DNA from: Mobula hypostoma
Taxonomy: Eukaryota
Assembly (NCBI RefSeq): GCF_963921235.1
Contig: NC_086108.1
Coordinates: 99,512,001-99,576,000, forward strand
Length of the DNA stretch: 64,000 bases
Reading direction: 5' to 3'
The position numbers and the translations under genes are program-made. Under the pieces are notes generated by a model. It saw only the letters and a list, made by a program, of their open reading frames with translations. It ran no database searches and had not been told where the DNA came from. Of the stretch, positions 25,275 to 38,545 are shown piece by piece. The stretch's first letter is position 1; every line of letters starts with the position of its first letter.

Positions 25275-25369
25275 TAGGCCTTGAACTCTGAACTCAGCAA
25301 TAACGGAACACTGAACTCTAGGCCTTGAACTCTGGAGTCAGCAATGACAGAACCCTGAACACTAGGCCT
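25275..25369. repeat. 44-bp tandem duplication (about 2.2 copies)
   Basis: TAGGCCTTGAACTCTG..CTCAGCAAT.AC.GAAC.CTGAAC twice, then TAGGCCT. Confidence 0.75.
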
Positions 25370-26142
25370 CTCGCCGTGTCACATACCTGGGGGGAGGGGA
25401 GTCACCGTCCTTTTTCTTCTACTTGCTTGAACATCCTATTAAGGGATCTGCCTTCACCTCGCTAACCCAGTGGGTGGGAGGGGTGGGTTGGAATACTAGC
25501 CCTTCCCCTTGCTGGTCAGCCAGATTGACAGCTGACGATGAATGTGGCATGTCCACATTTCTGGCCTTCAAACATGGAGAGGATGCTTAGACTCTGGCCT
25601 GACCTTGAATTTCCCCACATACACCCCTGTCCCTAAACCTTAATCTGATTCCTAACTCCCCTCTCTGTCACCAAAACCATCTCCATGAACCTACAAAAAT
25701 AAGTTCTATGGAACTAGCAGTGAGACTCATCACTAGGAATCCAGTGCATTGATTGGACAATCTCAAAGCCAAGTAGCTCTGCAGTAACAAGAGAAACTGG
25801 AGGAAGCACAGAAACTATGGGACTAACTGAGTGGATACCATGGTTAGCATGATATTGATGGGCTGAACGGCCTTTATCCCTGCTGTATTGCTCTCTGGGT
25901 CTATGTCACTGATTCCGTGTAGAGTAAAAAATACTGCAAAAATTTATATATTGCATCAGAGTATAAGCTGGAAAATTCAAACAAATGTTAAAACACAGGT
26001 GTCAAAAGTAATGTTTAAAAATTAAATCTTGAATTCCATTTTATTAGATGAACCCTCCATAATACAAATTGCACTAGTGTGTAGATACCTTCCTACCATT
26101 TACAGCCCTTTCCTTAATTCCAGTAGAATTTATGAAAAGCTC

Positions 26143-26798
26143 TGTTGAAAGGCCTGGATAGAATGGATATGGTGAGGGTGTTTCCTCTGATGGAGGAGTC
26201 TAGGATCAGAGGGCACAACCTCAGAATAGAGGAATGCCTATTTAGAATGAGGAAGAATTTCTTTATCCAGAAGATGGTGAATATGTGGAATTCATTGCCA
26301 AGGTGGCTGTGGAGGCCAGGTCATTGGGTATATTTAGGCAGTGGTCGATAGGTTCTTGACCGGTCAGGGCATGAAGGTTTACAAGAAGAAAGCTGGTGAT
26401 TAGAGCTGAGGGAAATGATGAAATGGTGGAGCAGACACGATGGGCCAAATGGCCTAATTCTACACCTATATCTTCTTTCTTTAGGCATCCGTTAATCTCG
26501 TGAGACCATGGATTTGTGCCTTGGAAGGTTTCCAGGGCGCAGGCCTGGGCAAGGTTGTATGGAAGACCGGCAGTTGCCCATGCTGCAAGTCTCCCCTCTC
26601 CACGCCACCGATGTTGTCCAAGAGAAGGGCATTAGGACCCACACAGCTTGGCACCGGTGTCGTTGCAGAGCAATGTGTGGTTAAGTGCCTTGCTCAAGGA
26701 CACAACACTCTGCCTCAGCCAAGGCTCGAACTAGCGACCTTCAGATCACTAGACAAACGCCTTAACCACCTCGCCACACACCTATATCTTATGGTCTA
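26143..26798 (+). mobile_element. CR1 3' fragment interrupted by a SINE
   Basis: KGLDRMD..VFPLMEESRIRGHNLRI..RKNFFIQKMVNMWNSLP. Confidence 0.8.
26475..26777 (-). mobile_element. tRNA-derived CORE-like SINE with RTE-like tail
   Basis: Near-identical to 42878-43187; 13-bp TSD ACACCTATATCTT at 26462-26474 and 26778-26790. Confidence 0.82.
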
Positions 26799-27765
26799 AC
26801 CATAAACAAGGACTGATAAACAACCATTGTGCAAAAGAAGACAAATCATGCAAAGAGCATGGTGGTAACAGGAGTGTAGCAGTTACCATGACGCTATTAC
26901 AGCTTGGGGCATCAGAGCTCAGAGTTCAATCCCAGCATCCTCTGTAAGGAATTTGTATGTCCTCTCCACGAAACACGTGGGTTTCCTCAGAGTGCTCCGG
27001 TTTTCTCCCACACTCCAAAGTTGTGCTGGTTAGTTGATTAATTGGTCATTGTAAATTGTCCAGTGATTAGGGTAAGTGGGCTGCTGGCAGCATGGCCCAA
27101 AGGGTATCTCCAAGTAATAAGAATAAGTAAATTAAAAGTAGACTTATAGACCATGTTTTACTGTATATTGAGAAAGCAATAGCTTAGAGGGGCAATCTGC
27201 ACTAACTCAGGAGTAAAACATTTCTCCTAATGTTGACAGAAAGAACTGAAGTCTTTCATTTAGTTAAATGGCAGTTCAAAGGTTTCCACAGCCATTTTAA
27301 TATTAAGAAAAAATTCTATGACCATTTACCCTAGATAAATTATGACTAAGTGAGTGCCATAGAACCCATTAGATTCTTGCTTTTAAGGTGGATCAGATCC
27401 AAATAGACAATAAAAGGCTTTTATTTGGATCATCTTAGATTACTGAAACTGAGACAGGGTAGAAGTGATGACAAGGTCAAAAATATATAAGAGAAAAATT
27501 AGAAGTTACATACCACAGTGAGCACTTAAAAAGCTAACCTGGCACATCTAACGTCATAAAGCACATTCCGGGTGTATTAACTCTGGCACTCAAAATGAAG
27601 GAGGCATGAATAATTCACTGTATTGTACTTGAATGAAATCAGTTCAGGTCCAGGGTGTTTGTTTAGCAAGTCTTTGACATCACTTTCCACACTCGGTCTA
27701 AATATAAACAAACGCTGTCCTTATTTTCCATTTGCATTGAATGATGGCTGTTCCGGGAGACCTAG

Positions 27766-28035
27766 TTGATGAAAATCTTCCTGAATCACTTCACACCTCC
27801 TCTGAACTTATTGTCTTGCCGCAGGTTTCAAGTTTCAGTCCAGGATGAGTCAGAAAGTGTGGGGTGAATCCCCTCCGCCACCTCCCTATAGCTCTGTGCG
27901 ATGTTAATTCTATTTTGCAGTCCCGTTTGAGTCAGACTCTGCCTTGTCTCGCCCCGTCATTTTGTGCACGCTTCTACAATGCTGTTGGCACACTGGCTGA
28001 GCGTTTACAATGGCCCGTGCTGGGTTAGCATGCCA
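27766..28035 (+). repeat. left arm of an old inverted repeat of unknown origin
   Basis: 27766-27943 aligns to the reverse complement of 31079-31272; 27964-28035 aligns to the reverse complement of 29359-29430. Confidence 0.8.
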
Positions 28036-29430
28036 GGTCCAGGTTCGAGGCGCTTATTAACTCGATCAGGTGGCTATAATAAGTTCATGTTTTTTCTCTC
28101 TTGTGTGGTGTTGATGAGGCAAAGCTTATAAAATGCAGCTGTACAGGAAACAACAAGCAGCAATGTGGCATGGCACTTAAGATATAATTGATACTGCAAT
28201 AATTCGACACTAATCCACAGCAACTAAGCCGAATTCATTGTAAAAACATTCTCATTAATGCAGGGATTTAAAATTAATATCCATTTGTGAGTCAGCCCTC
28301 AACGTGATTGATTTTACTCTGCTTGCATTGAGATTGTTTTAATCATTTTCATTTAGAAATAACACATCTATATTTTCTTCTGGAGTAGGAAAAAACATTC
28401 GAAAACGTCTACAGATGTACTGTGGAGAACATGCTAACTGGACGCAGCATCACCTGGTTTGGGGAGGGGCACGACACAGGATAGAAATAAGCTGTAGAAA
28501 GTTGTAAACTCAATCAGCTCCATTGTGGGTAATAGCCTCCCCAACATCCAGGACATCTTCAAGGAGCAATGCCTCAAAAAGGTGGCATCCATCATTAAGG
28601 ACCCCCATCAGCCAGGACATGCCCTCTTCTCATTGCTACCATCAGGAGGGAGGTACAGAAGCCTAAAGGCAGACACTCAACATTTCAAGAACAGCTTCTT
28701 CCCCTCTGTCATCAGATTTCCAAATGGACATTGGAACTCCATTGGAATTCCACGGTCACTACCTCACTACTTTTTTATTTCTATTTTTGCACTACTTATT
28801 TAACCATATTTTTATGTATTTACAGTAATTCACAGTTTTTTTCTCTATTATGATGAATTGCATTGGACTGCTGCCACAAAGTCAATAAATTTCATGACAT
28901 ATGCCAGTGATTAAACCTGATTCTGATTCTGAAATGCATAGACCAATGAGCGCAGTACCATATGTGAGTTTCGTAAGGCCTCATCCAGGTCTCCGAGGTA
29001 TGGATGGTGAAGGGGGCTAACAACCGCAGTAGGATCTATGAGGTAAACAGTAATTCTGGAAGTTACTGGTGGGTAGACATGAATATTCTGGGAACTAGTG
29101 GACTTATGTCTTCATGAGAAGTACCTTGGTCATTCTGGATCCTAAGAAGGGCTTCCTCAGGCGAAGTGCACGCATCCCTTACAACTGGCAGGTGTCCCAC
29201 AGACATTTGCCTCAAGTTTTCGGTCCTTGCCCCATCGCTGAAGGTCTAGCTGGATATGATGGATGCACTGGGCACCCAGGACAAGGAAGGTTCTTTCACA
29301 AGCAAGACAATCTCTGCTGTAATGGAGTCCATATTGGCCTCCGAATCCTCTGGAGGATTGGCATGCTAGTCCAGCTCAGGTCATTGAAAGTGCTTAGCCA
29401 TTGTACCAACAGCATTGTAGAGGCATGCAC

Positions 29431-31030
29431 GAGGGAGATTACCGTCAAAGGATATACTTTACATCTGAAGGACAAGCAGGAAGGCATAGATGGTGGTGTG
29501 GCTCTGCTGGTAAGAGATGGAATTACATCTTTGAAAGAGGTGACATAGGATCAGAGAATGTTGAATCTTTGTGGGTGGAGTTTAGAAAGTGCAAGGGTGA
29601 AAAAAACATTATGGGAATCATATATAGGCCTCCAAATAGTAGCCAAGGTGTGGAGCTGAGATTGCAAAGGGAGATGGAAAAGGCATGTAATAAGGGTAAT
29701 GTCACAATTGTAATGGGGGACCTCAACACGCAAGGGGATTGGGAAAACCAGGTTGGTGTCAGATTGCAAGAGAGGGAATTTGTTGAATACCTACGAGATG
29801 GCTTTTTAGAGCAGCTTGTGCTTGAGCCTACTTGGGGAAATGTTATCTTAGATTGGGTGTTGTGTAACAACCCAGATCTTAATCAGGAGCTTAATGTAAA
29901 GGAACCCTGAGGAGACAGTGATCGTAATATGATTGAATTCATACTCTACTTTGAGAGGGAGAAGCATAACTCACATGTATCACTACTGCAATGGAATAAA
30001 GGGAATTACAGAGACATGAGAGAGGAGCTTGCCCAGGTGCATTGGAGGAGGATGCTGGTGGGAATAATGGCACAGCAGAGGTGGCTGAAGTTTCTGGGAA
30101 TAGTTCACAAGGTATGTCCCATAGAAGAAGTTCTCAAATGGCAGGGAAGGGAAGCTAAGGACTGCATAAAAGTTAAGGAAATAATGGCATATAAGGTAGT
30201 AAATGTGCATGAGAAGTTGGATGATTGGAAGCTTTTAAAATCCAACAAAAGGCAACTAAAAAGCTATAAGAAGGGCAAGATGAAATATGAGGGCAAACTA
30301 GCTGATAATATAAAGCAGGATACTGAAAGATTTTTCAGTTATATAAAGCGTAAAAGGAAGGTAGGAGTTGATATTGGACCACTGGAAAATTATGCTGGTG
30401 AGATAGTAATGAGGGACAAAGAAATGCCAGGTGAACTTAATGGGTACTATACAACAGTCTTCACTTGTGAACACACTAGCATTGTGCCAGAGATCCGTGA
30501 GTGTCAGGGAGCAGGAGTGAGTGCCATTACTATTACGAAGGAAAAAGTACTAGGCAAACTCAAAGGTCTAAAGGTGGATAAGTCACCTGGACCAGATGGA
30601 CTACATCCCAGAGCCCTGACAGTGGTTGCAAAGAGATTATAATGCATTGGTCATGATCTTTCAAGAACCACTTGATTATGGCATGTATACAGAGGACTGG
30701 AAGATTGCAAAGGTCACTCCACTCTTTAAGAAGGGAGGAAGGCAAAAGAAAGGAAATTATCGGACAGTTAGCCTAACCTTAATGGGTGGAAGAGTGTTGG
30801 AGTCTATTGTTAAGGGTGAGGTTTCGGGATACTTGGAGAGTATAAACTAAATCAAAGTCAGCATGGTTTCTGTAAAGGGAAATCTTGCCTGATAAATCTG
30901 TTACAGAGTTCTTCAAGGAATTATCTAGCAGGGTGGACAAAGGAGAGTCAGTGGATGACATTTACTTGGATTTTCAGAAGGCTTCTGATAAGGTGCCTCA
31001 CACGAAACTGCTTAACAAGATTAAATCCAA
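29431..31030 (+). mobile_element. CR1 LINE ORF2 fragment (AP endonuclease to start of RT), decayed
   Basis: GGVALLV, ESLWVE, GIIYRPPNS, VMGDLN, ILDWVL, KSPGPDGLHPR, DWKIAKVTPLFKKG..GNYRTVSL. Confidence 0.9.
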
Positions 31031-31078
31031 TTGGTCTTAAAGGATCCTGTTAACAGGATAAAATCCTTACAGTCTTAC

Positions 31079-31272
31079 GGCAATGTCTGACTCAAACAGC
31101 ACTGTAAAATTGAATTAACAGAATATTTTCAAACAGAGTTAGAGGGAGGTGGTAAAGGGGGTGGGAGTGATCACCCCACACTCTCCAACTCGTCCTGGAC
31201 TGAAACTTGAAACCTGTGCCAAAACATTAAGTTTGGAGTAGGTGTGAAGTGACTCAGGAAAATTTTCATCAA
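31079..31272 (-). repeat. outer part of the right arm of the old inverted repeat
   Basis: Ungapped 99-nt core has 13 differences from 27769-27867. Confidence 0.8.
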
Positions 31273-32651
31273 TTAAACCTTTGGCCATAAAGCACCTTGT
31301 GCAAAGGGACGTGAAAGGTTATACAGAAATGCAACTCTTTCTATTTGGGCCATGCTTGAGAAGTTGCTTCCAAGTTATCGTCCATTGCTTCCCTGCTGTT
31401 TGTTAGCCCCAAGCTGTTACTAAGTCCTCAGGATCATACAGAATGGAAATGGCCTTTCAGCCCAACCAGTCATCCTGACCGTGATGCTCATATCCCGCTA
31501 ACCTTTCCTATCCATGTACCTGTCCAAGTGACTTTTAAGTGTTACTTATACCTGCTTCGATCACTTCTGCTCATTCTTCTGACCCGGTGAGAGGAATCCC
31601 ATTGTGTTCAATCCCTATATCCTGGGATTCAACCCGGTGTTCCTTCTCTACAATGACTTTGTGTACTAACCCTTCCTTAAATGTGGAATCTAAAGCGATC
31701 TGCAGCACTTTCCTGAGCTGTCTCACCAGCACTCTGTGGAATTGCATTGCAAGTTCTGAAATCAGAATCAGGTTTATTATGTTGTGAAATTAGTTGCTTT
31801 GTGGCATCAGTGCAGTGCAGTACATAAAACTTACTATAAATGATAAAAAATACAGTCTGTACGAAAAATAGTGGCAACAAGAGAGTAAAAAAGTGAGGTT
31901 GGCTCTGTGCATGGAGCCATACACACTACAGCACAGAAACAAGCCGTTCAGCCCACCTGGCCCATGCCAAACTGCTATCTCATCAGCCTTCTGAGTTACG
32001 TGCAGTTCTTGCATACCAAGGGTTTGCACCTCATGCAGAAGAACCTCTAGATCTCTTTTTGCTCCAACGCTTTAAAAGAGGGAGGTCAGAAATGGGAGCA
32101 GGTGAACAGGGCTGCAAGAGCTGTTTGGATTGTAGACGAGCAGTCAGAAATCATAAACTGGAGAAGGCTGTAACAGGTGATCTCTTTTTGCAGCAAGTTA
32201 AATATTTAATTTTTCTTCCTGGCTACAATATCTATGAGATGTCTTAAAAGCACTTCTTTCTTTGCTGGTTGAATCACCCCAACAGTTTTATTAATCATAG
32301 ACTATTACAGGCCTTTTGGTCCACAATATTGTGCTGACATTTTAAATTTATCTATTTAATTTTATTAAGGGATATAGCGCAGAATAGGCCCTTCCAGCAC
32401 TTGGAGCTGCACTGCCCAGAACCCTCAATTTAACCCTAGCCTAACCATGGCCCAATATACAATGACTAATTAACCTATTATTGGTACGTCTTTGGACTGT
32501 GGGAGGAAAGTGGAGCTCTCAGAGGAAACCTATTCATTCCATGGGGAGGGCGTACAAACTTCTTACAGAGGATACTGGAATTGAACTCCTAACTCTGATG
32601 TCTCGAGCTGTAATAACATTGTGCTAACGGCTACGATGCCGTGGCATCCCA

Positions 32652-33610
32652 CTCCAAGATGCACAGGGGACTGTCTTGTCTCCCTTTCTCTTCACCATTT
32701 ACACCTCGGACTTCAACAACTGCACAGAGTCTTGTCATCTTCAGAAGTTTTCGGATGACTCTGCCATAGTTGGATGCATCAGCAAGGGAGATGAGGCTGA
32801 GTACAGGGCTACGGTAGGAAACTTTGTCACATGGTGTGAGCAGAATTATCTGCAGCTTAATATGAAAAAGACTAAGGAGCTGGTGGTAGACCTGAGGAGA
32901 GCTAAGGTACCGGTGACCCCTGTTTCCATTCAGGGGGTCAGTGTGGACATTGTGGAGGATTACAAATACCTGGGGATACATATTGACAATAAACTGGACT
33001 GGTCAAAGAACACTGAGGCTGTCCACAAGAAGAGTCAGAGCCGTCTCTATTTCCTGAGGAGACTGAGGTCCTTTAACATTTGCCGGACGATGCTGAGGAT
33101 GTTCTATGAGTCTGTGGTGGTCAGTGCTATCATGTTTGCTGTTGTGTGCTGGGGCAGCAGGCTGAGGGTAGCAGACACCAACAGAATCAACAAACTCATT
33201 CGTAAGGCCAGTGATGTTGTGGGGATGGAACTGGACTCTCTGACAGTGGTGTCTGAAAAGAGGATGCTGTCTAAGTTGCATGCCATCTTGGTCAATGTCT
33301 CCCGTCCACTACATAATGTACTGGTTGGGCACAGGAGTACATTCAGCCAGAGACTCATTCCACCGGGATGCAGCACAGAGCGTCATAGGAAGTCATTCCT
33401 GCCTGTGGCCATCAAACTTTACAACTCCTCCCTTGGAGGGTCAGACTCCCTGAGCCAATAGGCTGGTCCTGGACTTATTTCATAATTTACTGGCATAATT
33501 TGCATATTACTATTTAACTATTTATGGTTGTATTACTAGTTATTATTTATGGTGCAACTGTAACGAAAACCAATTTCCCCCGGGATCAATAAAGTATGAC
33601 TATGACTATG
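32652..33610 (+). mobile_element. Rex1/Babar non-LTR retrotransposon, young 5'-truncated copy (RT C-terminus, ORF 32676-33461)
   Basis: QGTVLSPFLFTIYT, KFSDDSAIVG, YKYLG, RLYFLRRLRSF; AATAAA and (TATGAC)n tail. Confidence 0.9.
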
Positions 33611-33880
33611 ATCAATCTCACCCTCCCCGCCTACTTAGCCCTCCATTTGTCTATCATCCATGTGCCTATCTAAAAGTTTTTAAAATGTCTCTGATATAGT
33701 CTATCACCACTCATCAAAAAGCTTTCCTCTGACATCCCCCTATAATCATAGAGTAATTCAGCCCAACTCATCTACATTGTCTATGGTGCCCACCAAGTTG
33801 GTCACATTTGGCTCATATCCCTTTAAATCGCTCCTCTTCATGTACTTACCCAAATATATTTTGAACATTATTTACTTGTG

Positions 33881-34617
33881 AACAACAGGAATTCTGCAGA
33901 TGCTGGAAATTCAAGCAACATACATCAAAGTTGCTGGTGAACGCAGCAGGCCAAGCAGCATCTATAGGAAGAGGCGCAGTCGACATTTCAGGCTGAGACC
34001 CTTCGTCAGGACTAACTGAAGGAAGAGTGAGTAAGGGATTTGAAAGCTGGAGGGGGAGGGGGAGATGCAAAATGATAGGAGAAGACAGGAGGGGGAGGGA
34101 TAGAGCCGAGAGCTGGACAGGTGATAGGCAAAAGGGGATACGAGAGGATCATGGGACAGGAGGTCCGGGAAGAAAGACGGGGGGGGGTGACCCAGAGGAT
34201 GGGCAAGAGGTATATTCAGAGGGACAGAGGGAGAAAAAGGAGAGTGAGAGAAAGAATGTGTGCATAAAAATGAGTAACAGATGGGGTACGAGGGGGAGGT
34301 GGGGCCTTAGCGGAAGTTAGAGAAGTCGATGTTCATGCCATCAGGTTGGAGGCTACCCAGACGGAATATAAGGTGTTGTTCCTCCAACCTGAATGTGGCT
34401 TCATCTTTACAGTAGAGGAGGCCGTGGATAGACATGTCAGAATGGGAATGGGATGTGGAATTAAAATGTGTGGCCACTGGGAGATCCTGCTTTCTCTGGC
34501 GGACAGAGCGTAGATGTTCAGCAAAGCGGTCTCCCAGTCTGCGTCGGGTCTCACCAATATATAAAAGGCCACATCGGGAGCACCGGACGCAGTATATCAC
34601 CCCAGTCGACTCACAGG
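33881..34617 (-). mobile_element. PLE (same family as 9563), single 5'-truncated copy with GIY-YIG domain
   Basis: ORF 34307..34600 is GIY-YIG. 12-bp TSD TATTTACTTGTG at 33869-33880 and 34618-34629. Hammerhead at 33977-34014 has GAAATGTC. Confidence 0.9.
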
Positions 34618-35124
34618 TATTTACTTGTGCTCTTTTTTGTTACACTTTGTGCAATCATTGCCGTGAGTTCAGTTTTGCACCTTTTACTTCATTAGGGCAA
34701 AGTTCACTGTGAAATTGTGACTCCCCTCTCCTTGGCTTGGTTACACTGCCAGCTTGAAGCCACATTGAAACTTCTCGGAGGCCTGCCACCTTGTTGTGGG
34801 GGAGAGGCTTGTGAGTTCCTGAGATACCGAGGGTGGCGCCACCTGGAGCTTAACTGGAAGCATGGCGACACTTGCAGGCTGCCCTCAGCACAATCCTTGT
34901 GTTTGTCTTTGACTCAAATGCTTAGCTCCTGGTCGGGTCAGCCGTGCCAGTTAGGTCAAGAGGAGGGTTCCAGACAAAGAGCAATCTTATCAAGACCTCA
35001 ACCGTGGAGCTGGTAGAAGATGATAACACACTACAATGGCAATGAAGGGGGAGAAAGGCTGCAGCAGAGATGGGTCCCCAGCTGTCTTGCACTCTATGCC
35101 ACTGAACCCTGACCCTGGTTTGGA

Positions 35125-35650
35125 AATTTCACCGTCTTGGATTGCAAGACCCTGCAGCAGATAGTGAGGTCAGCTGAGAAGATCATCTGGGTCACCACAC
35201 GCTGCATCCGCAAAGTAAACAGCATTATGAAGGACTCCACGCACCCCTCATATAAACTCTTCTCCCTCCTGCCATCTGGAAAAAGGCACCAAAGCATTCA
35301 GGCTCTCACGACTAGACTATGTAACAGTTTCTTCCCTCAAGCCATCAGACTCCTCAATACCCAGAGCCTGGACTGACACCAACATACTATACCCTCTACT
35401 GTGCCTACTGTCTCGTTTATTATTTATTATTATTTATTGTAGTGCCTGCACTGTTTTGTGCACTTTTATGCAGTCCTGGATAGGACTGTAGCCTAGTGTA
35501 GTTTTTGTGTTTTTTCTTACGTAGTTCAGTATAGTTTTTGTATTGTTTCATGTAGCACCATGGTCCTGTAAAACGTTGTCTCATTTTTACTATGTTCTGT
35601 ACCAGCAATTATGGTTGAAATGACAATAAAAAGTGACTTGACTTGACTTG
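35125..35650 (+). mobile_element. Rex1/Babar-like 3' fragment
   Basis: HPSYKLFSLLPSGKRHQS..RLCNSFFPQAIRLLN; (GACTT)n tail. Confidence 0.75.
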
Positions 35651-38029
35651 GCTTGATTTGTCAAGGATTGGCTGTTGACTGTCCGTGCATCAGCCTCTAC
35701 ACTTAAAACAATGTCTCGCACAGGTAATCTCCTTTGAGGGATTAACCCTTTGGAAGAACATCACACTCGACTCGAGCGATCGCGCTACAACTACTGTCTG
35801 TGAAAATCCAATTCATGATGAGCTGGTTCTGTTCGATATGTATTGACAAAAACTTTTCATACAGCGTCAGGCACCCTTTTGTGTTTAATTCCTCTGTGAA
35901 ACAGTGTTGACCCTAGCCCACCCCTGACACACCACATGACATTGCTTCTGTTTTCTAGGGCTCGTTTATCTGCGTCCCAGAGGTGAACATTTAATTTCCA
36001 AACAGGGCAGACAGAGTGGGGCAAAACTTCTTTACCAGATGTTAGAAGAACATTAACCTGGTTTCCGTTGCTAAGCAACCTTCAGCTGCTGGCTTCTTTC
36101 GGATGGTGGGTTCAAATCTCTCACAGCAATTACAAACAATTTCCTAATTGTGCCTAATTTGGTTTTGGCTGACAGGGCCTGGGGTTCCTTTCCAAGAAAT
36201 ATGGAAGTACTTCCAGGTGGCTGAGACTATTATTATTACTGAGCAGCTTTGCACCTTTCTCAGGCTTTACACTTCATATAAACTAAACTTTTGCCCTTTA
36301 TAAATATTATTACAGCATAGCTCATCAGTAAACCTTATGCATCACAGTTCTGAACCTGGAGTTAGATATGGGGCATGTCATACCTACATTCTTAAATCAT
36401 AGCACGCTGAAGATTGAGAACAATTTATAGTTTCTGAAAAGGAGCAGCATGGTACCGTAGCAGTTAGTTATAGCACCAACGACCCGGGTCCAGTTCCCGC
36501 CACTATTTTTGAGGAGTTTGTACATTCTCCTCGTGATTGTGTAGGATCCTTCTGGGTGCTCCGATTTCCTCCCACATTCCAAAGATGTATGGGTTGGTAA
36601 GTTAATTGGTCACATTGGTGTAATTGGGTGGCCCAGGCTTGGGTGGGAGAGAAGGGCCTGTTACCATGCTGTGTACTCCTGGGCTCTGAAAGTAGCTGTG
36701 TTGCAAGGCCAATAGGATTGTCAGACATGTAGGTGATATGGTTTTCCCAGATGTTGACACCATCTGCTTGGGATTGGGGTAGTTAGTCACTGAACAGAGT
36801 GAAAGTAATAATGGGAGATTGAGAGATTGACCTTATTGTGATGTCAGAATTGGGGATCATATCGGTCTTCCAAAGTTCATCTCAACTCCTTCTTGGTAAG
36901 AGGGGTTGCAGAAGGTATAGGAAATCTTATGAAGATGTCTTGAAATGGAACCACGTAGAAGAATAAGGCTGGCAACATGGGACATGAAATATAGATCATT
37001 ATAGCACAGTACTGGCCCTTCAGCCCACAATGTTGTGCCATCCTATATGCAAACAACCTAAATAATAACAAAACACACTTCAAATTGCAACTTGCGCCAA
37101 ATAAAACCTTTCTTATGTACAATTATCAGTCTCCTTATTAGATGAAGGATGTTATGGTGTTGCAATTTGGAATTGGAATTGGTTTATTATTGTCACATGT
37201 ATCTAGATACAGTGAAAAACTTATCTACTTAAAGATGAAATCATTACACAGTGCACTGAGATAGAACAAGGTAAAATAATAACAGAATGCAGAATAAAAT
37301 GTAAAAGCTGCCAAAAAAGTACAGTGCAGGTTAATGATAAAGTACAAGATCAGAAGGAGATAGATTGTGAAATCTACAAAAGGCCTGTTCAAGACTCTAA
37401 TAACAGTGGGATAGAAGCTGTCCTTGAGCCTGGTGGGACATGCTTTCAGGCTTTTGTATCTTCTGCCCAATGGGAGAGGAGGGAAAAAGAGGATGTCCGG
37501 GGTGGGTGGGTTTTTGATTATGCTGGATGATCTACGGAGTCAACAAGAGGTATAAACAGAACCCACTGAGGGGAGTCCGCTTTCAGTGTTGTGCTGTGTC
37601 CACAACTCTCTGCAGTTTCTTGCAGTCAGGGGCACAGCAGTTGCCATACCAAGCCGATATGCATCCGATTAAGATGCTTTCTATGGACATATCTCAGATG
37701 GACAGGTTGCCTTACAAATAAAGGCTTGGCTTGTATCCACTGGAGTTTAGATGAGTATAACGGGACTTTGTTGATGAATACGGTATCGTGAGGGGAATTG
37801 ACAGGGTGAACATGGATGTTCTTGTGTGAGAATCCCGATCAAGGCGGACATTGTTTAAAAACAAATAAGGGTCACTCACTGAGAGATGAAGCAATTTTCT
37901 TTCCTCTTACAAGGTTGTGATTGTTTGGAACACTCTTTGTTAGTGTGGTGGAAATAGAATCTTTGAATAGGTTTGTGGTGAATATTGGTAGCTTGGGTTG
38001 AGGCATTTTGATGTTCTTGAGACAAGAAC

Positions 38030-38545
38030 CAAGGTACCAGTAAAGACAACCAACAAAAAGCAATATGGTGTACAGGATCACCTGTGGAGACTGCAACAAG
38101 AACTATGTCAGCCAGGCAAGACGTAAACCTTCAACTCGTTTAAATGGCATTACAGAGACATCATCCACTGTCGCTGATCTCGGTGCATGAAGACCAAGGA
38201 CACCACTCTAACTGGGACACCACGGAGGTTTTGGCACAGGCAAACACGAAGCAGGCATGAGAATATTTAGAAGCATGGTTCTCTTCTAATAACTCCGTCA
38301 ACAAACGTATCAAAATAGATGCCATCTATGAACCTCTAAGAGCCAAAGAAATGCAAGCCAATAGAATTCAAAGGTCAACTGAAGGGGTGGCCAATCTGGG
38401 CCAAGGCAAGTGAACAGAGGCCTATATAAATGCGAGCACTCCCAGCGAGAAACACCAACAACTGTGAACTGAGGATGTCACCTCGACTGGGGATGAAATG
38501 TCAGCAAGCTAATTGCCAAGTTTAGCGAATACTGCAACATCAAAC
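38030..38545 (+). mobile_element. second PLE family (Penelope/Poseidon-like): decayed GIY-YIG C-terminus plus 3' UTR
   Basis: Manual translation KSNMVYRITCGDCNKNYVSQARRKPSTRLN / HPLSLISVHEDQGHHSNWDTTEVLAQANTKQA*EYLEAWFSSNNSVNKRIKIDAIYEPLR. Confidence 0.75.
38469..38502 (+). ncRNA. degenerate hammerhead ribozyme motif of the second PLE family
   Basis: CTGAGGA-TGTCACCTCGACTGGGGAT-GAAA-TGTC. Confidence 0.55.

Noticed and set aside
27769..27867. Conserved micropeptide gene pair
   Set aside because: Only 3 of the 11 changed codons between the two copies are synonymous, so I kept it only as part of the inverted-repeat finding.
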